In this document: one piece after another, positions 23,741 through 35,147 of the stretch
How the letters are laid out: every line of letters begins with the position of its first letter
Numbering within the stretch: the first letter of the stretch is position 1
Origin: Nemertoderma westbladi
Lineage: Eukaryota; Animalia; Xenacoelomorpha
Reading direction: 5' to 3'
DNA length: 58,809 bases
Assembly: GCA_032718475.1 (NCBI GenBank)
Contig: JAUCBJ010005410.1
Location: 1 to 58,809 of the forward strand
Position numbers and translations under genes: made by a program
The notes under the pieces: generated by a model
The model's input: only the letters and a program-made list of their open reading frames with translations
Told to the model about the DNA's origin: nothing
Database searches by the model: none

Positions 23741-26700
23741 TTAAATATGATCGCTATATTTCCACTGAATAGCCACACTTTCTTCCCCCTCACTATCAGA
23801 CGATGACATACCTTCCATAATCTCCTTACCCCGCAATCTTTCCATAAGTTTTTGGGTTATACTGGGGGATACGGGTGTATCGCTCGTCCTAGATGATATA
23901 TGCGGGTCTGAAAAATCGTTATTATCGTGAAGTGAGTTGGTAGAAATATCTATAAGTGGGGGAGAATTGGTAGAAATACCTACAAGTGGGGGAGTGATAG
24001 CTGCTAGCCCGACACTACTGGTGCGGGATGCAGTAGCTTGCGGAGACCCAATATTTGGAATAGATTGTCGTGTCAAGGAATCCGATAGGTTTATCGATCG
24101 ATTATTCGGCTTAAATCGACTCGGAGATCCGGATCCGCTAAGCTGAGAGAATCGAGAGCCGTTTGGGTTCCGGTAAAGGGCATCAACGTCGGACAGTGCG
24201 ACTGAGCTGTTTCTAGAGTAACTGGGGCTCTTGAGCGCTGGTAACTGGACCCCTTCGTCCCGTTTCCCGTCAGTCTGGTCGCGTCCCCGTCTACCCGACC
24301 CGGCCAGTCTGTCGTATCTGTTCGATAACGTTTCCGATTGGCTGTCTGAGTCGCTACTACTACTACTGCTGCTGCTCTCGAACCGCGTGTTTCGTAGCAA
24401 ATCGACCCCGGTGGACGAGCGTTGACTACGGGTATTATCTACTCGTAATTCTAATTCAGTTAAACGACGTTGAATGGAGTCTAACTGCTGCTTTGTCTTC
24501 AACGACTGGCGTCTGTCTCTTAACCCTTTGGCGCCGGATTGCTCCCGTTCGGACTCGGGTATGTGGGGCTGTGTAACAATCCTGAAAGTATCAATGGATG
24601 ATGTGACGTCACTCCTGTGTGTATCTGAAGGTTTCGTGACGTCACTCCGGTGTGTATCTGAAGGTGTAGTGACGTCACTCCTGTGTGTAGCTGACGGTGT
24701 TGTGACGTCACTCCTGTATGTATCTGTAGATGTAGTGACGTCACTCCTGTGTGTAGCTGACGGTGTTGTGACGTCACTCCTGTGTGTATCTGTAGATGTA
24801 GTGACGTCACTCATGTGTGCATCTGAAGGTTTCGTGACGTCACTCCTGTGTGTATGTGAAGGTTTCGTGACGTCACTCCTGTGTGTATCTGAAGGTTTTG
24901 TGACGTCAATCTTGTTTGTATCGGAAGGTGTTGTGACGTCATTTCCTTGTGTATCTAAAGATGTTATGACGTCATCTCTGTGTGCATCGGTAGGTATTGT
25001 GACGTCATATATGTGTGTAACTGAAGGTGTTATGACGTCATCTCTCTCTATATCTAGAGATCTTGTGACGTCAGCTCTTAGCGTATCTGTAGGTGTTGTG
25101 ACGTCACTCCTGAACGAATCTGAATGTGGTGCGACGTCATCTATGTGCGTTTCTCTAGGTGTTACATCATCCCTTTGTTCCTCTGCAGGTGTTGGACAAT
25201 CTGCATCATGTAGCGTGTCTCCTAGATTGGTACTCCCCAACATCTGACAGTCGGTACGATTATTGGGCCCCAGTCGGTGTGTAATAGTCTGTCTGGTATC
25301 GGTCAACCCATCCGACGGTCCCCCAACCCCCACCGAACTGGCCGGGCGACTCGAGTCAACCGATTCTACGACAATATCGTCCAACCTCGACTTCACGGGT
25401 TCGACCCCCGCTAGGAACCCCCGATCCACCAGTCTCTGTAGAGACTCGACCTCCCTCGGTTCGATGTACCTCCATTGGGTGACGTCATCGCCGCCGCCGC
25501 CGCTGGGTGGGGCAGCCGCGTCCAGCAGACGACGGAGGACCACGGGGTCTAACCGGGTGGGGGAGGTGCGTCCTGAACCACTAGAGGGGCCACACGATAT
25601 CATCGAGGCCGTCTCCTCCACCAGACCGCGCATCGTGGCATCCGATAGACTCTCGTTGTCATGGCAACTAGCCACGCTGAGGGCCGCCAGCCGCCGCTCT
25701 ATCTCCTCCAGACGACCGCAGTTAACCCGACTGTCGCGAATCTCCCGGATGACTCGGTCGCCGTGGGCGTCGTCGTTGCCTAGCAACGTCTCTACGTCAA
25801 GACAGAGGTCGCTAGGCAACGAATCGCGGTCCGTTACCCCGCAAATAGAAGCGAAATCGTCGGGCGGCATCAGCCGCTGTAGACGGACGTCGATGTGACG
25901 GAGGGATTGTTTGTCGTCGTCGGATGGGTTGAACCCGTCGATGTTCGGTGGATCCGAACCGGAACCGTCGACGGAACCCCGTTCCGAGAGCAACTCATCG
26001 ATTCGGTGTTTCTCCGCGGTTGTCAACGCCAGCACTCCTCCGGTCTCGCCGGCCAAGAGTTTATTGCGTTCGATAAAGTCGGTGCAGGGAGGATTCCGAG
26101 AGGGTTTACCCGTCGACGGTTTATCTTCCTCAACTCCTCTCGACTCCCGACTGGGTTCGTATTCTTCCTCATCTAGTTGAGTGGTAAAGACCGGTTCGGG
26201 TTCGCGAGTTATTTCTTCGTCGCCTTTGATTGCGTCCATCGTATCTTGGCGAGGAATTAAAGCGAGATATTTCGATGTGTTATCCGACTCTTCTCTTGTT
26301 TCGCTCCTCCCAGAATCACTCTTTAAATTTTCAAAATCTTCCCACAACTTTTTTACGAATTCTTTTCTTTTTTTCTTAACTTCTTTTTCCAGTGTAGTTT
26401 TTCTAATTAGAATAGAGTCCAGTCTCTTCATCTTCTTTAAGGCTTGGTTGATTTCTTTTTGCTCCGGTGATATTCCATCTCCATCATCAACTGTCTGTTC
26501 CTCCATATGGTCCTCATCAGTAGTCGACGTTTCCACCATCCGCTTAAGTTCCGCCGTCATATAACTGTATCTCTCTGGGATTCGGTCGCTTATAAGGTCG
26601 ATATCTGCGGAGACATCTTCGCTAATATTCACATCATCCTCCTCGTCACTATGATCAGCGTAACGATCATCAGCCGACGGTTCAACTTCCAAAGATCGCA

Positions 26701-26791
26701 GAAATGCCGGATCGTATTGTTTTGGAATTAAACTCAATTTGTAACTTTTGGAATCCATTGTGCACTGATTATGTAAATAATGTTTTTCCAT
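23741..26791 (-). CDS. FSIP1: Fibrous sheath-interacting protein 1-like, uninterrupted coding region (~1000 aa) with an 11-aa repeat insert
   Basis: Motifs ALKKMKRLDSILIRKTTLEKEVKK..LW, E..NT.KYLAL and DFIERNKLLA...LT.AEKHRIDELL resemble FSIP1-family blocks (from memory). The ORF-track start at 26836 is TTG; first ATGs are at 26791 and 26758, with a possible acceptor (ttacag) near 26810. Confidence 0.8.
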   Translation of the reverse strand: MEKHYLHNQCTMDSKSYKLSLIPKQYDPAFLRSLEVEPSADDRYADHSDEEDDVNISEDVSADIDLISDRIPERYSYMTAELKRMVETSTTDEDHMEEQTVDDGDGISPEQKEINQALKKMKRLDSILIRKTTLEKEVKKKRKEFVKKLWEDFENLKSDSGRSETREESDNTSKYLALIPRQDTMDAIKGDEEITREPEPVFTTQLDEEEYEPSRESRGVEEDKPSTGKPSRNPPCTDFIERNKLLAGETGGVLALTTAEKHRIDELLSERGSVDGSGSDPPNIDGFNPSDDDKQSLRHIDVRLQRLMPPDDFASICGVTDRDSLPSDLCLDVETLLGNDDAHGDRVIREIRDSRVNCGRLEEIERRLAALSVASCHDNESLSDATMRGLVEETASMISCGPSSGSGRTSPTRLDPVVLRRLLDAAAPPSGGGGDDVTQWRYIEPREVESLQRLVDRGFLAGVEPVKSRLDDIVVESVDSSRPASSVGVGGPSDGLTDTRQTITHRLGPNNRTDCQMLGSTNLGDTLHDADCPTPAEEQRDDVTPRETHIDDVAPHSDSFRSDVTTPTDTLRADVTRSLDIERDDVITPSVTHIYDVTIPTDAHRDDVITSLDTQGNDVTTPSDTNKIDVTKPSDTHRSDVTKPSHTHRSDVTKPSDAHMSDVTTSTDTHRSDVTTPSATHRSDVTTSTDTYRSDVTTPSATHRSDVTTPSDTHRSDVTKPSDTHRSDVTSSIDTFRIVTQPHIPESEREQSGAKGLRDRRQSLKTKQQLDSIQRRLTELELRVDNTRSQRSSTGVDLLRNTRFESSSSSSSSDSDSQSETLSNRYDRLAGSGRRGRDQTDGKRDEGVQLPALKSPSYSRNSSVALSDVDALYRNPNGSRFSQLSGSGSPSRFKPNNRSINLSDSLTRQSIPNIGSPQATASRTSSVGLAAITPPLVGISTNSPPLIDISTNSLHDNNDFSDPHISSRTSDTPVSPSITQKLMERLRGKEIMEGMSSSDSEGEESVAIQWKYSDHI
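24590..25170 (-). repeat. Coding 33-bp tandem repeat (SDVTTPSDTHR-like) inside the FSIP1-like ORF
   Basis: About 17 units, most centred on gtgacgtcac/tgacgtca. Confidence 0.9.
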
Positions 26792-26899
26792 TAAACATAA
26801 GTCTGTAACCTGTAAGTCATAAGTCTGATAATACAATTAGCTGATTAGGCATATCAGCCTTTGATAATAAATGATATTTTTTATAAAATTTCGTTCAGA

Positions 26900-27270
26900 A
26901 ATCGGAAAAATGAGGAAGCACATACGGCTATACGCGCATTTGGACTTATTTGGCCTCTCCCTCGTCGGCTCGTCCAGTCGTCAGTGAGTCAGTCGGTATA
27001 GCTATCTAGTTCATCCACTTCTGGTTTTGCAACATTTCGGTTGTTGGTCATTGTGCATTGGTTACCCTTCCGCTCCCGGTCCCTCTTCCCCAGGCTTGTT
27101 TAGCTTTAGCTTGTTTGTTAGGTATACGAACTATCAATCAGTAAATTAAAGTATTAGGCTGTTAGGATTAGGCCTAAATATTATGTGTAGGCCTACTACA
27201 GCCAGACAGAAGTACAGTACTACCGGTAACGGAACGCGCGCGGGTGCGGGAAGCGGAAGCCGTAGCCTGT
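26900..27270. promoter_or_regulatory. Probable bidirectional promoter between divergent genes
   Basis: CpG-containing island in AT-rich DNA between the minus-strand FSIP1-like ORF and a plus-strand gene; ETS-like CGGAAG/CTTCCG motifs near 27068 and 27250-27260; plus-strand donor TTG|gtgagt at 27650. Confidence 0.4.
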
Positions 27271-28611
27271 AGCAAATAAGTACTTAGGTTAGGTACTGCT
27301 GTACTGGTACCGGTACCAACGGGTAAACCTAATCAGCTATTGCGTATTGCCTGATAGTGATAGATAAATGGTTACTATGTTGTTATGGAAACTCACAGGG
27401 AAATTAATATTATTGGCTAAAACCCAGGAACTCATATTAGCATATAAAACAGGATCGCACGCAAAACGAAGCAACTTATCGTGCAGCAAATTATTTCATG
27501 ATGATGTTCCAGGCGGGGGGGGGGGGGGGGGGGGATCTCTCTTGTTGCAGCAATTGAATGCAACAATAATTGAATCGAGTGAGGTGGACCCAATAACGAA
27601 AGAAATTTATACAATACTGCAGTACTGCAGATAGATTGTTTGGCATCTTGGTGAGTTTGTTTTTCCTGGATACATTATATTCCAGAATTATAGAAATGAA
27701 CCAAATAATTTTTTTAATGTAAATTTGTAATGTAGGTAGGATTTGTTTTTAAATTCAGTACAAGTAAGTTTGTACAGTATTTTTCTGAAGAAGAATCCTA
27801 AATAAAGTAGCATATTTTATTGTGTTTTATCATTTTGCACTTATGAATTAAATAAAGTTTCAAAGGTGATACTTCAAACTAAAAATATTTTTAAATTTAG
27901 CAATAACAAACTTATTTGTTTAAATATTTAAGGGGAAAACATATAAATAAAAAGGTAAGTGGATGACGATTTTACGATTTTACATGTTGCACGATACAGA
28001 ATTTTGGTACGGCACTACTATTTTTTTTACCAGTCATTTTTTAGCGTTTTTAATGTTTTTTGGTGTAAATGTTCTAGAACATTTTTAGTAGATATGTTTT
28101 TTTTAAGGTGCTAGTGTTTTTTTTACTAGCTAGTATTTTTGGAATTTTTAAAATACCGGTAACTATTTTGGATTATTATTGTTGGTAAGGGTTCTCGAAC
28201 ATTAGTATAGATATTATTTATTAAAGCAGCTTGTGTTCTTTTTAATAGCTACAGTAGGCCTAGTATATTTTGAAATTATTTATTAATGTGAAAACATTGA
28301 TATTTCAGAATTAAACTGTTGCAAAATATATTAATGACCGAAAATAATTATGATACTAACAGTTTACAGCTTATATATTAAACATCGTTTGATATTATCT
28401 GAGTATCGTGTGGCGGCACAGTTTTCTGAATCTAAATTCAGCAAAGTGTCCCTCAATGAGAACTATTATATTTTAGGATAATAATTCCGGCTAGTTAACC
28501 CAGAGACCATAGGCATACAATAGACAATTGTTAAACAACCTACAACACAAATTAGCAAAATTAAAAGAAAACAGTTTTAATTTTTTAGAAATGTATTTCT
28601 AAAGTTATCAA

Positions 28612-29172
28612 AGCTAGTTCTTCTTACTTTTTTTTAAATGTTCTAGAACATATCGTCTATTTATTTTTATAAAAAGTAATGTTCTAGAACAAATATGTTT
28701 TGTTCTAGAACATAAAATATTTGTTATTTTGTGGTGTTTTTTATTTGATTACCGGTAGTAAGTGTTAATAACAATCACTAACAACTACAAATTTTCATTG
28801 TAGCTAATGATTTTTATTAATTATGTGATTCAAAGATAACATAGAATAAAAAGTTAACAAATTAGCTATTTTTTTTTGTTTTTTTTTGTTCTGGAACAAA
28901 TAATATTTGTTCTAGAACAAATTTTTTTATTAAATGAATTGATAAAATTCTCTAGAACATCTTTTTTAAAGAAAAGGAAACAAAAAGTAGCTTGTTTAAA
29001 AGATTTACACAAAGATAACATAAAGTAAAAAATGAAAAAGATAAACAAACTAGCTAGTTTTTTTTCTATTTTTTGTTCTAGAATAAAAAATATTTGTTCT
29101 AGAACAACATTTTTATATTAAATGAATAGATTATGTTCTAGAACATTTTAAAAAAAAGTAACAAAAACTAGC
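28612..29172. mobile_element. AT-rich foldback/MITE-like element with multiple TGTTCTAGAACA palindromes
   Basis: Left end gctagttc..tactttttttttaaatgttctagaacata is mirrored by tatgttctagaacattttaaaaaaaagtaacaaaaactagc at the right end. Confidence 0.5.
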
Positions 29173-29443
29173 TAGTATAAAATATTTGAGGGGGGGGGGG
29201 GGGGGGGGGTGGTGTGCACAAAACACACTAGTACCGGTTCTACATAGAAAATCTATCAATATCAAAAAGCACTCAAAATCACCAAAAAATGTATGGTTAC
29301 AAAAATGACAGTGGGTGTCGGCAGGGTGGAGTAGTACCCTTTGGTACTATACACATTTGATGCATTATTATTTCATTTCATAGTTTATGGCTAGATTGTG
29401 CATTGGTGCTGACAATCAACGTTACAAATCTTACCAATGAGAA

Positions 29444-31610
29444 ATGGAAAGGAATTCTAAGATAACTGACAGTTGGTTCCCAGAATACATTGAAAAGAAA
29501 GCCGACACTTCCATGTCTGAGAGCAGAATGTCAGACAAAACTCAATCGCAAGAGGAAACAATCGTCGAGACGCCATTCAAAGACTGGGGGTTACCCAGCA
29601 ACCAGTGGTTACCAGACGACCTGGGGGTTCCGTCAAGAGACCCGAATTTATTCGATACCAATTTCAAACGGAACGCGTCCGAGGGTTTTGGTTTCTACGC
29701 CGGCGATTCTAAACAAACGTTGCTAGAAACCGATGAACGCCATGGGATACGAGAAATTACGTCGTTGCAAGCGCGAACCGCAGCGCCTACGAAATGGCCC
29801 GATTCTCGAATTTATGAAAACTCATTTAATTTGAGTGAGTCTTCGTATAATACTAGTACTAGCAATGGAGTTTCTAGGAGTAATGCGTTTGACTTAAACG
29901 GTGAAAGTTCTGGGGAAATCACATTCATACACAGTAATATTTCATGTGGACGGATAAATGAACCTCATAGAAAAACATTTCGATGCAGGCCTAAGGATAA
30001 ATGGACTCGAGAATTAGATAAATTGGAGAAACATTCTAAAATGCGCGACGCGACGGCATGGAAACCCCAATCGATATCATTAAACGACGACCCTCTTCTA
30101 GAAGACAGCTATGTCAACGTGTTACAAGGAATCATAAAATCCAAAGAAAATTCCCCTCCGACAAGCTACGAATGTAATATGAAACCAGCATGTCTAAAAT
30201 CCAGCTTAACGATGCAGGAAAACACCAGAGTACAATATCAAAATGCGATTGCTAAGCAATATGAGAATGCAGAGTTCCCAATGTTATCAAAAGGTGATAA
30301 TATAAATGTTGATGAGACGAAGGAATTATGTTTTACTGAGGGAAATTATTCTCCTTCAATTGGAAATGTGTTAGAATACCGTGGTTTTGAATCGATTTCA
30401 AATACTAAAATAGGTGGCCAACTCTCGCAGGGGATTACGAAGGAACGCTGCGACATAAGGGCCGACTCCCGATTGTGTAATGCGAAACTTAGCAGTCCTG
30501 CCTGTGATTACATAAATAGTGCAAGAGGCGACATCGTCGAAAATTCTAGTGAATCAAAACCTCACGACTGCAAGGGAAACTTTCTTTCAAACGATGACAC
30601 ATGCAATTGCATGAGGTTTAACATTTTACAAAGTATGGAGGATATAAAATGCGCCATTTCCGAAGACTTGAGTGGAACAAATTCAGACATTTGTAAAAGT
30701 ATTAGTGGTGGAAAGGCTGACGTTTGTAAAAGCTTGAGTTGTGAAACAGTAGATATCTGTAGCAGGCTTACGAGGGATGATACTAAATGTAAAGTGGAAT
30801 TTGTCAAGGGTGTCGGCAAATCAAATTCTAACACTGATAATTGTCAACAATTGGCTGATGCAAAAGGTGATAATAACGATATTGAAAGTGCATCAAAAGT
30901 TGATTTTTCTTTAGACCAATATTCTGTTGGTAGTTTGTTGGATGCTGCTATAAAGATTATTGCAGCCACGAATAAACCTCCGGTTGTTGAGAATGCATTT
31001 ATGGTGACACAAAATGTGAATCATGATTCAAAAAAAGAGGATGATGTTGTCACACGTGAACAATATCAAACAACCACTTTAACCAATTTACCGTGTCAAT
31101 CAAATGACCTTCCGCCTAACCATACAGAAAACGAACCCACAGACGTGTGTGAGAAAAAGTCAGACAAAGATATTGAGAGTCACTGTCAGAACGAGAACAG
31201 CATAAACGGCGATAGTTTTAGAAATATAAACTTTTTAATGGAAGAATTGATACCATCTGACGACATATATAAACTAAGTCCTCATTCTGTAAGCACAAAT
31301 GATATCTTTAAATATTCTAATAAAAGCGGCAATATTCATAACATTGGCGACGATATATGTGAACACTATTTGTTCGATAACTGTGATAATGTTTGTTATT
31401 GCGAGGGCCATTCAGTACCTGTGTGCAACGGTTCTTATTCCATAAATCACGGAAAAAAGTATCCTAAAATATGTTCCGAATTGGAATTCGGCTGTTATCA
31501 CCATGATTGCCCTTATGAAGATGAATTATTGGGTAGAAACTCAAATGATTACCACGAGCATTGCTCCTGCCCATACACATACCCAAATCATAATTCCTTT
31601 TCTCATTTTG
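29444..31610 (+). CDS. Large coding exon of an uncharacterised protein (Ser/Asp-rich, Cys/His-rich towards the C-terminus)
   Basis: 750-codon ATG ORF; composition turns intron-like after TTT G|gttcgt (31610/31611, phase 1). No family recognised. Confidence 0.75.
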
Positions 31611-32001
31611 GTTCGTATAATTATTACATACATAATTACTATAGTGCTACTGTATTGTTAATACTAAAACAACTGGCAGGTGTATACAGTACTTAATAGA
31701 TGAAAGGGAGGGTGACTCCGTATATGTAGAGACTCCAGGCACTAATTTAATTTTCAAAAGTACTAGTTTTTATTTTGATGATTTTAATAGTTTTTAACAA
31801 TATGGAAAGTTAGTAACTATGAACGAAAAGTAAGTATTACGAAAGTATCTATATGATTTTAGTATGGTAGATGAATAAGGTTGTGTTCCGGTAGTGCAAT
31901 ATTATTGAAATTAAATGAATTTCAGTAACAGGATTTGAAGAAAATGGCGAGTTAGCGTCCTTGAGGATAATGTATCAATGTACATTACGTTTTTATTCCA
32001 G

Positions 32002-32192
32002 CTTCCAGGAAAAGGAAACACGTCACTTATCATAAAAGTTGGCAAGACGAATTTTACAACAGTGGAAACTCAACAACGGATAGTTCGATAAGCTCCCGAC
32101 ATGAGAGTCCCACCTCGGAAAGTTTCGATGGGTGCCGAAGCAAGGCATCGAGTTGTGGGTGTGAGTGTTTCTATCGGGATATGCGACTGTGA
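32002..32192 (+). CDS. Predicted last coding exon of the 29444 gene (ASRKRKHVTY...YRDMRL*)
   Basis: Acceptor ttttattccag|CT is phase 1, compatible with the 31610 donor; open for 62 codons to TGA; contains NLS-like RKRK. Confidence 0.55.
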
Positions 32193-32574
32193 CAAAACTA
32201 TTACAAGCTGTGGTATCGCAATGTTGATTAGTAATATGGGGTTGTTGTGGGAGATTTATCAAGAAGTACAACTACTCGGAACATCGGTACTCGGTACTCG
32301 GTTCATCCATTTTATTTATTTTTATTTTAATATTTTTATTTATTTCATTTTATTCATTTAACTTTAATAATATAATTTTGTAGTACAACAATAATTGTTA
32401 TACAAAATTTACCAAAAAATGTGCCAAATTTATAATGTCAGATTGTCACGATCAGGATATAGCTTTGCAGCAAACCAGAGTAGTAATAAATTGCTAGTTA
32501 ATTATTGGTATTATGGGTGAATGAGTGGTTTTGTGTTGTTTTAACTTTTGTTTGTTTGGCCTAGATATGCAATG

Positions 32575-33230
32575 TCGGCAAAGACATCTAGGTGGGATCG
32601 AACTGGTGACGTCCTTGTTGAAAGTAAGATATTTCCAGGTCTACCTTTAAGCTGAGCCGCTAGCTGAGTGGTTAGAGCGTCAGAATTCCAACTCTATCTG
32701 TGACTTCACTTGAGTCCATAGCTGTCCAGATCTCTTCTTGAACTGGGTTCCAGCAGAAAACAATCCATCTCTAGTCTGCCACCTCAGCGCTGTCACCTCG
32801 CCCTGTCGTATTGGGGACTCAAGTGCTAGTCTAGTGACTTGCCTCAGGTTCAGCAATGGCTGGGTTGGTTGTCGGGGTTGAACATGAGAGTAACCTCCAA
32901 CTCCAGAATCCCCCACCCCCCTCACAATCTTGCCTCCCGCGCTCCTGATGACCCTGTGTTTGGGCCAGAAAGGTCATCATAAAAGCGAGTCAAATAATTT
33001 TCGGTCACTCTCTCTCTCTCTCCAGAAGGGGGTAGGACAGGCTGCGGTCAGTTATTTCCTGTCTGGCTGCCTAGATAGGAAATATTTGACGCCTGTGATG
33101 CGTGTCGTGTATGCATGTCGTCGCAGTTTAGAGTGCACTCAAATGGGAAATAAGAGCTCTCTACTCCCGGCCAGCTATTGGTAGATTACCATCCGCCTGG
33201 CCAAGATGCCATATACCGCTGTCCACGTGA
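32575..33230. mobile_element. tRNA-derived SINE-like sequence(s), degenerate
   Basis: Plus-strand A-box-like TAGCTGAGTGGTTAGAGCG at ~32660 heads a ~580-bp GC-balanced block; minus-strand B-box GTTCGATCCC at ~32594-32603. Confidence 0.35.
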
Positions 33231-34190
33231 AATTTAAAATTTTAATAAATCCGCAAGGTGGTGTCACCATACAGTTAGTTTTGGAGAACTGCACATAGCT
33301 TATCTATTCAAATACCATGGAGGTGCAGCTTTGATTTGATTGGCTACATTTCGGTTGAGTATCACATTAGTTAGGAGATAGCTATTCCGTCCTCTGATAC
33401 TGGCTACATATTGCTGGGAGTAGCCGGTTGGTGCTTTATTGGTGTTGGCACTAGGCTAGTGTGTGTGAAACTGTAATGCCTAGGCAATGGCAGTGCAAGT
33501 GCGTGATTCCGTTCTGAGGTGGTTTAGTGAGTAGATATTCATCATTATCTCTATCAGTTAATGCAATGCGTTTGTTCATTGCTGCTATGGCTGCTATAGC
33601 AGTATAGTGCTATATGAGCTATGGACTTGACACTTACATGCTTACTGACTTACAGAGTGAGAAAGGCTTAGAAGGGAGTGTGTAAAGTTGTACGACTTAT
33701 AGCTATAGGCAGATAGGTTCATTGATCAGTTGATGGATGATTGTGGAATTACGGGACGTCTTGTATTTCATGGTGGGCAGTAGAGTGTAGCCCTATGCTG
33801 CTATGCCATATGCCCTAGCTGCATAGGGATGGTCGCGGCGGCGGGGGAGTGAGTTGTGCAGTTGTGAGTAGGCTACGACAGAATGGATTTGAAGTTTGAA
33901 CTACTGGTATTAATTGAGTGTATAGGGTAGTATAGGTACCGGTCTGCCGGTACTATCTAGGTACCGGTACTATCTGACTAAAATATATTTATAAATAAAA
34001 ACGCTTGCTGTCTGGCTGCATTAAAAACTACTGTTGTTCTGTATTACTACAATCACAATACCGTACTCCGTACTGCAATGCAGTAGTAGTTAGTACCCCT
34101 AGTGCTGTTGCTGTTCGCTGTTCTTTCAGTACAATCTGCAATCGGAGCCTCAACCTTTATTATTACCGTAAATAGATTTATATACCATTC

Positions 34191-34736
34191 TGCTAAGTAG
34201 GGCATGTACGCCGAACGCGTTCGGCGCACAATTTTTTCCATAATTTGGAGCAGGCGCAGAAAATTGAGAGCGCAGCGCCGCGCAGCGCGCAGGCGCAGAA
34301 AATTTAGAGCGCAGCGCCACAGGCGCAGAAAATTGATAGCACGGCTCAGACTTGCACTACAGCACTAAGTCAGTACCGGTAAGTAGACCTACCCGCTACC
34401 CCTGGCAGTCTGCTGACTACCGGTAACAGGGTAATGACAATACAGATAAGACTGTAAGAAATACTGAAATAATAAGCCTCCTACTTGCTACTTGGTGTGC
34501 TTTAGGCTGTTAGGCCAGTCTGCCAGTACAGCAGTAGGCAGGCAGGTACGTGGTAGGAGATTTCGCGCAGTATTTCTGCTGTGCGCGCCAATCTCGCGCA
34601 GAATTTCTGCTGCGCGCGCCAATCTCGCGCAGTTTTTTTTGCTGCGCATGCGGATTTTGCACTGTTTTCGACTGCGCAGGCGCACAATTTTTTCTGCGCC
34701 GCGTCGCATTCGGCGCACAAAAAAATCACTTAGCAT
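34191..34736. mobile_element. GC-rich foldback/MITE-like element with repeated GCGCAGAAA motifs
   Basis: Ends tgctaagt / acttagca; gcgcagaaaatt copies on the left are mirrored by ttttctgcgc on the right; ttcggcgcaca near both ends. Confidence 0.4.
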
Positions 34737-34906
34737 ACGGGTTTATATAGAGCTAATTTTATTTCATATGCCATAGGCCTATTCTAATATTGCTGATTGT
34801 TGATGTTGAATATTAATAGGCCTAATTTGAATCTGTGTTTATATATTCTTATTCTTAATAATCTTATTTAATCTGTGAATGCTTTTCGACAACGAACAAC
34901 TGAACA

Positions 34907-35147
34907 ATGCAATTAACGATAGACTCGGCAAGCGCTTTAGTTATAACCAAATCTGCCTTCCTCAATATCTGTCTGGAAAACGGGACATTTATTAAAACCT
35001 TCTTGGAGGACTATCTGGAAACGAACGCAAGTTTCTTGGACGAATACGTTGCTAGAAAATGTACTGCTGGGCAGATAACCAAGTGGTTACAGAATCTCTT
35101 GGGGACCGGGGAGATGGGCAGCGTCGCTAATAGTGTTCCCAATATAA
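34907..35147 (+). CDS. Multi-isoform putative transcription regulator, constant exon 1 (80-aa helical N-terminal domain)
   Basis: ATG ORF MQLTIDS...PNI with consensus donor A|gtaagt at 35147/35148, phase 1, matching the acceptor at 36170. Confidence 0.6.

Noticed and set aside
23937-26731. Plus-strand ORFs up to 257 aa
   Set aside because: Antisense shadows of the FSIP1-like ORF and its 33-bp repeat.
32944-32972. Hammerhead ribozyme (CTGATGA...GAAA)
   Set aside because: Stem II closure and stems I/III could not be formed; an alternative gatgacc/ggtcatc hairpin explains the segment.
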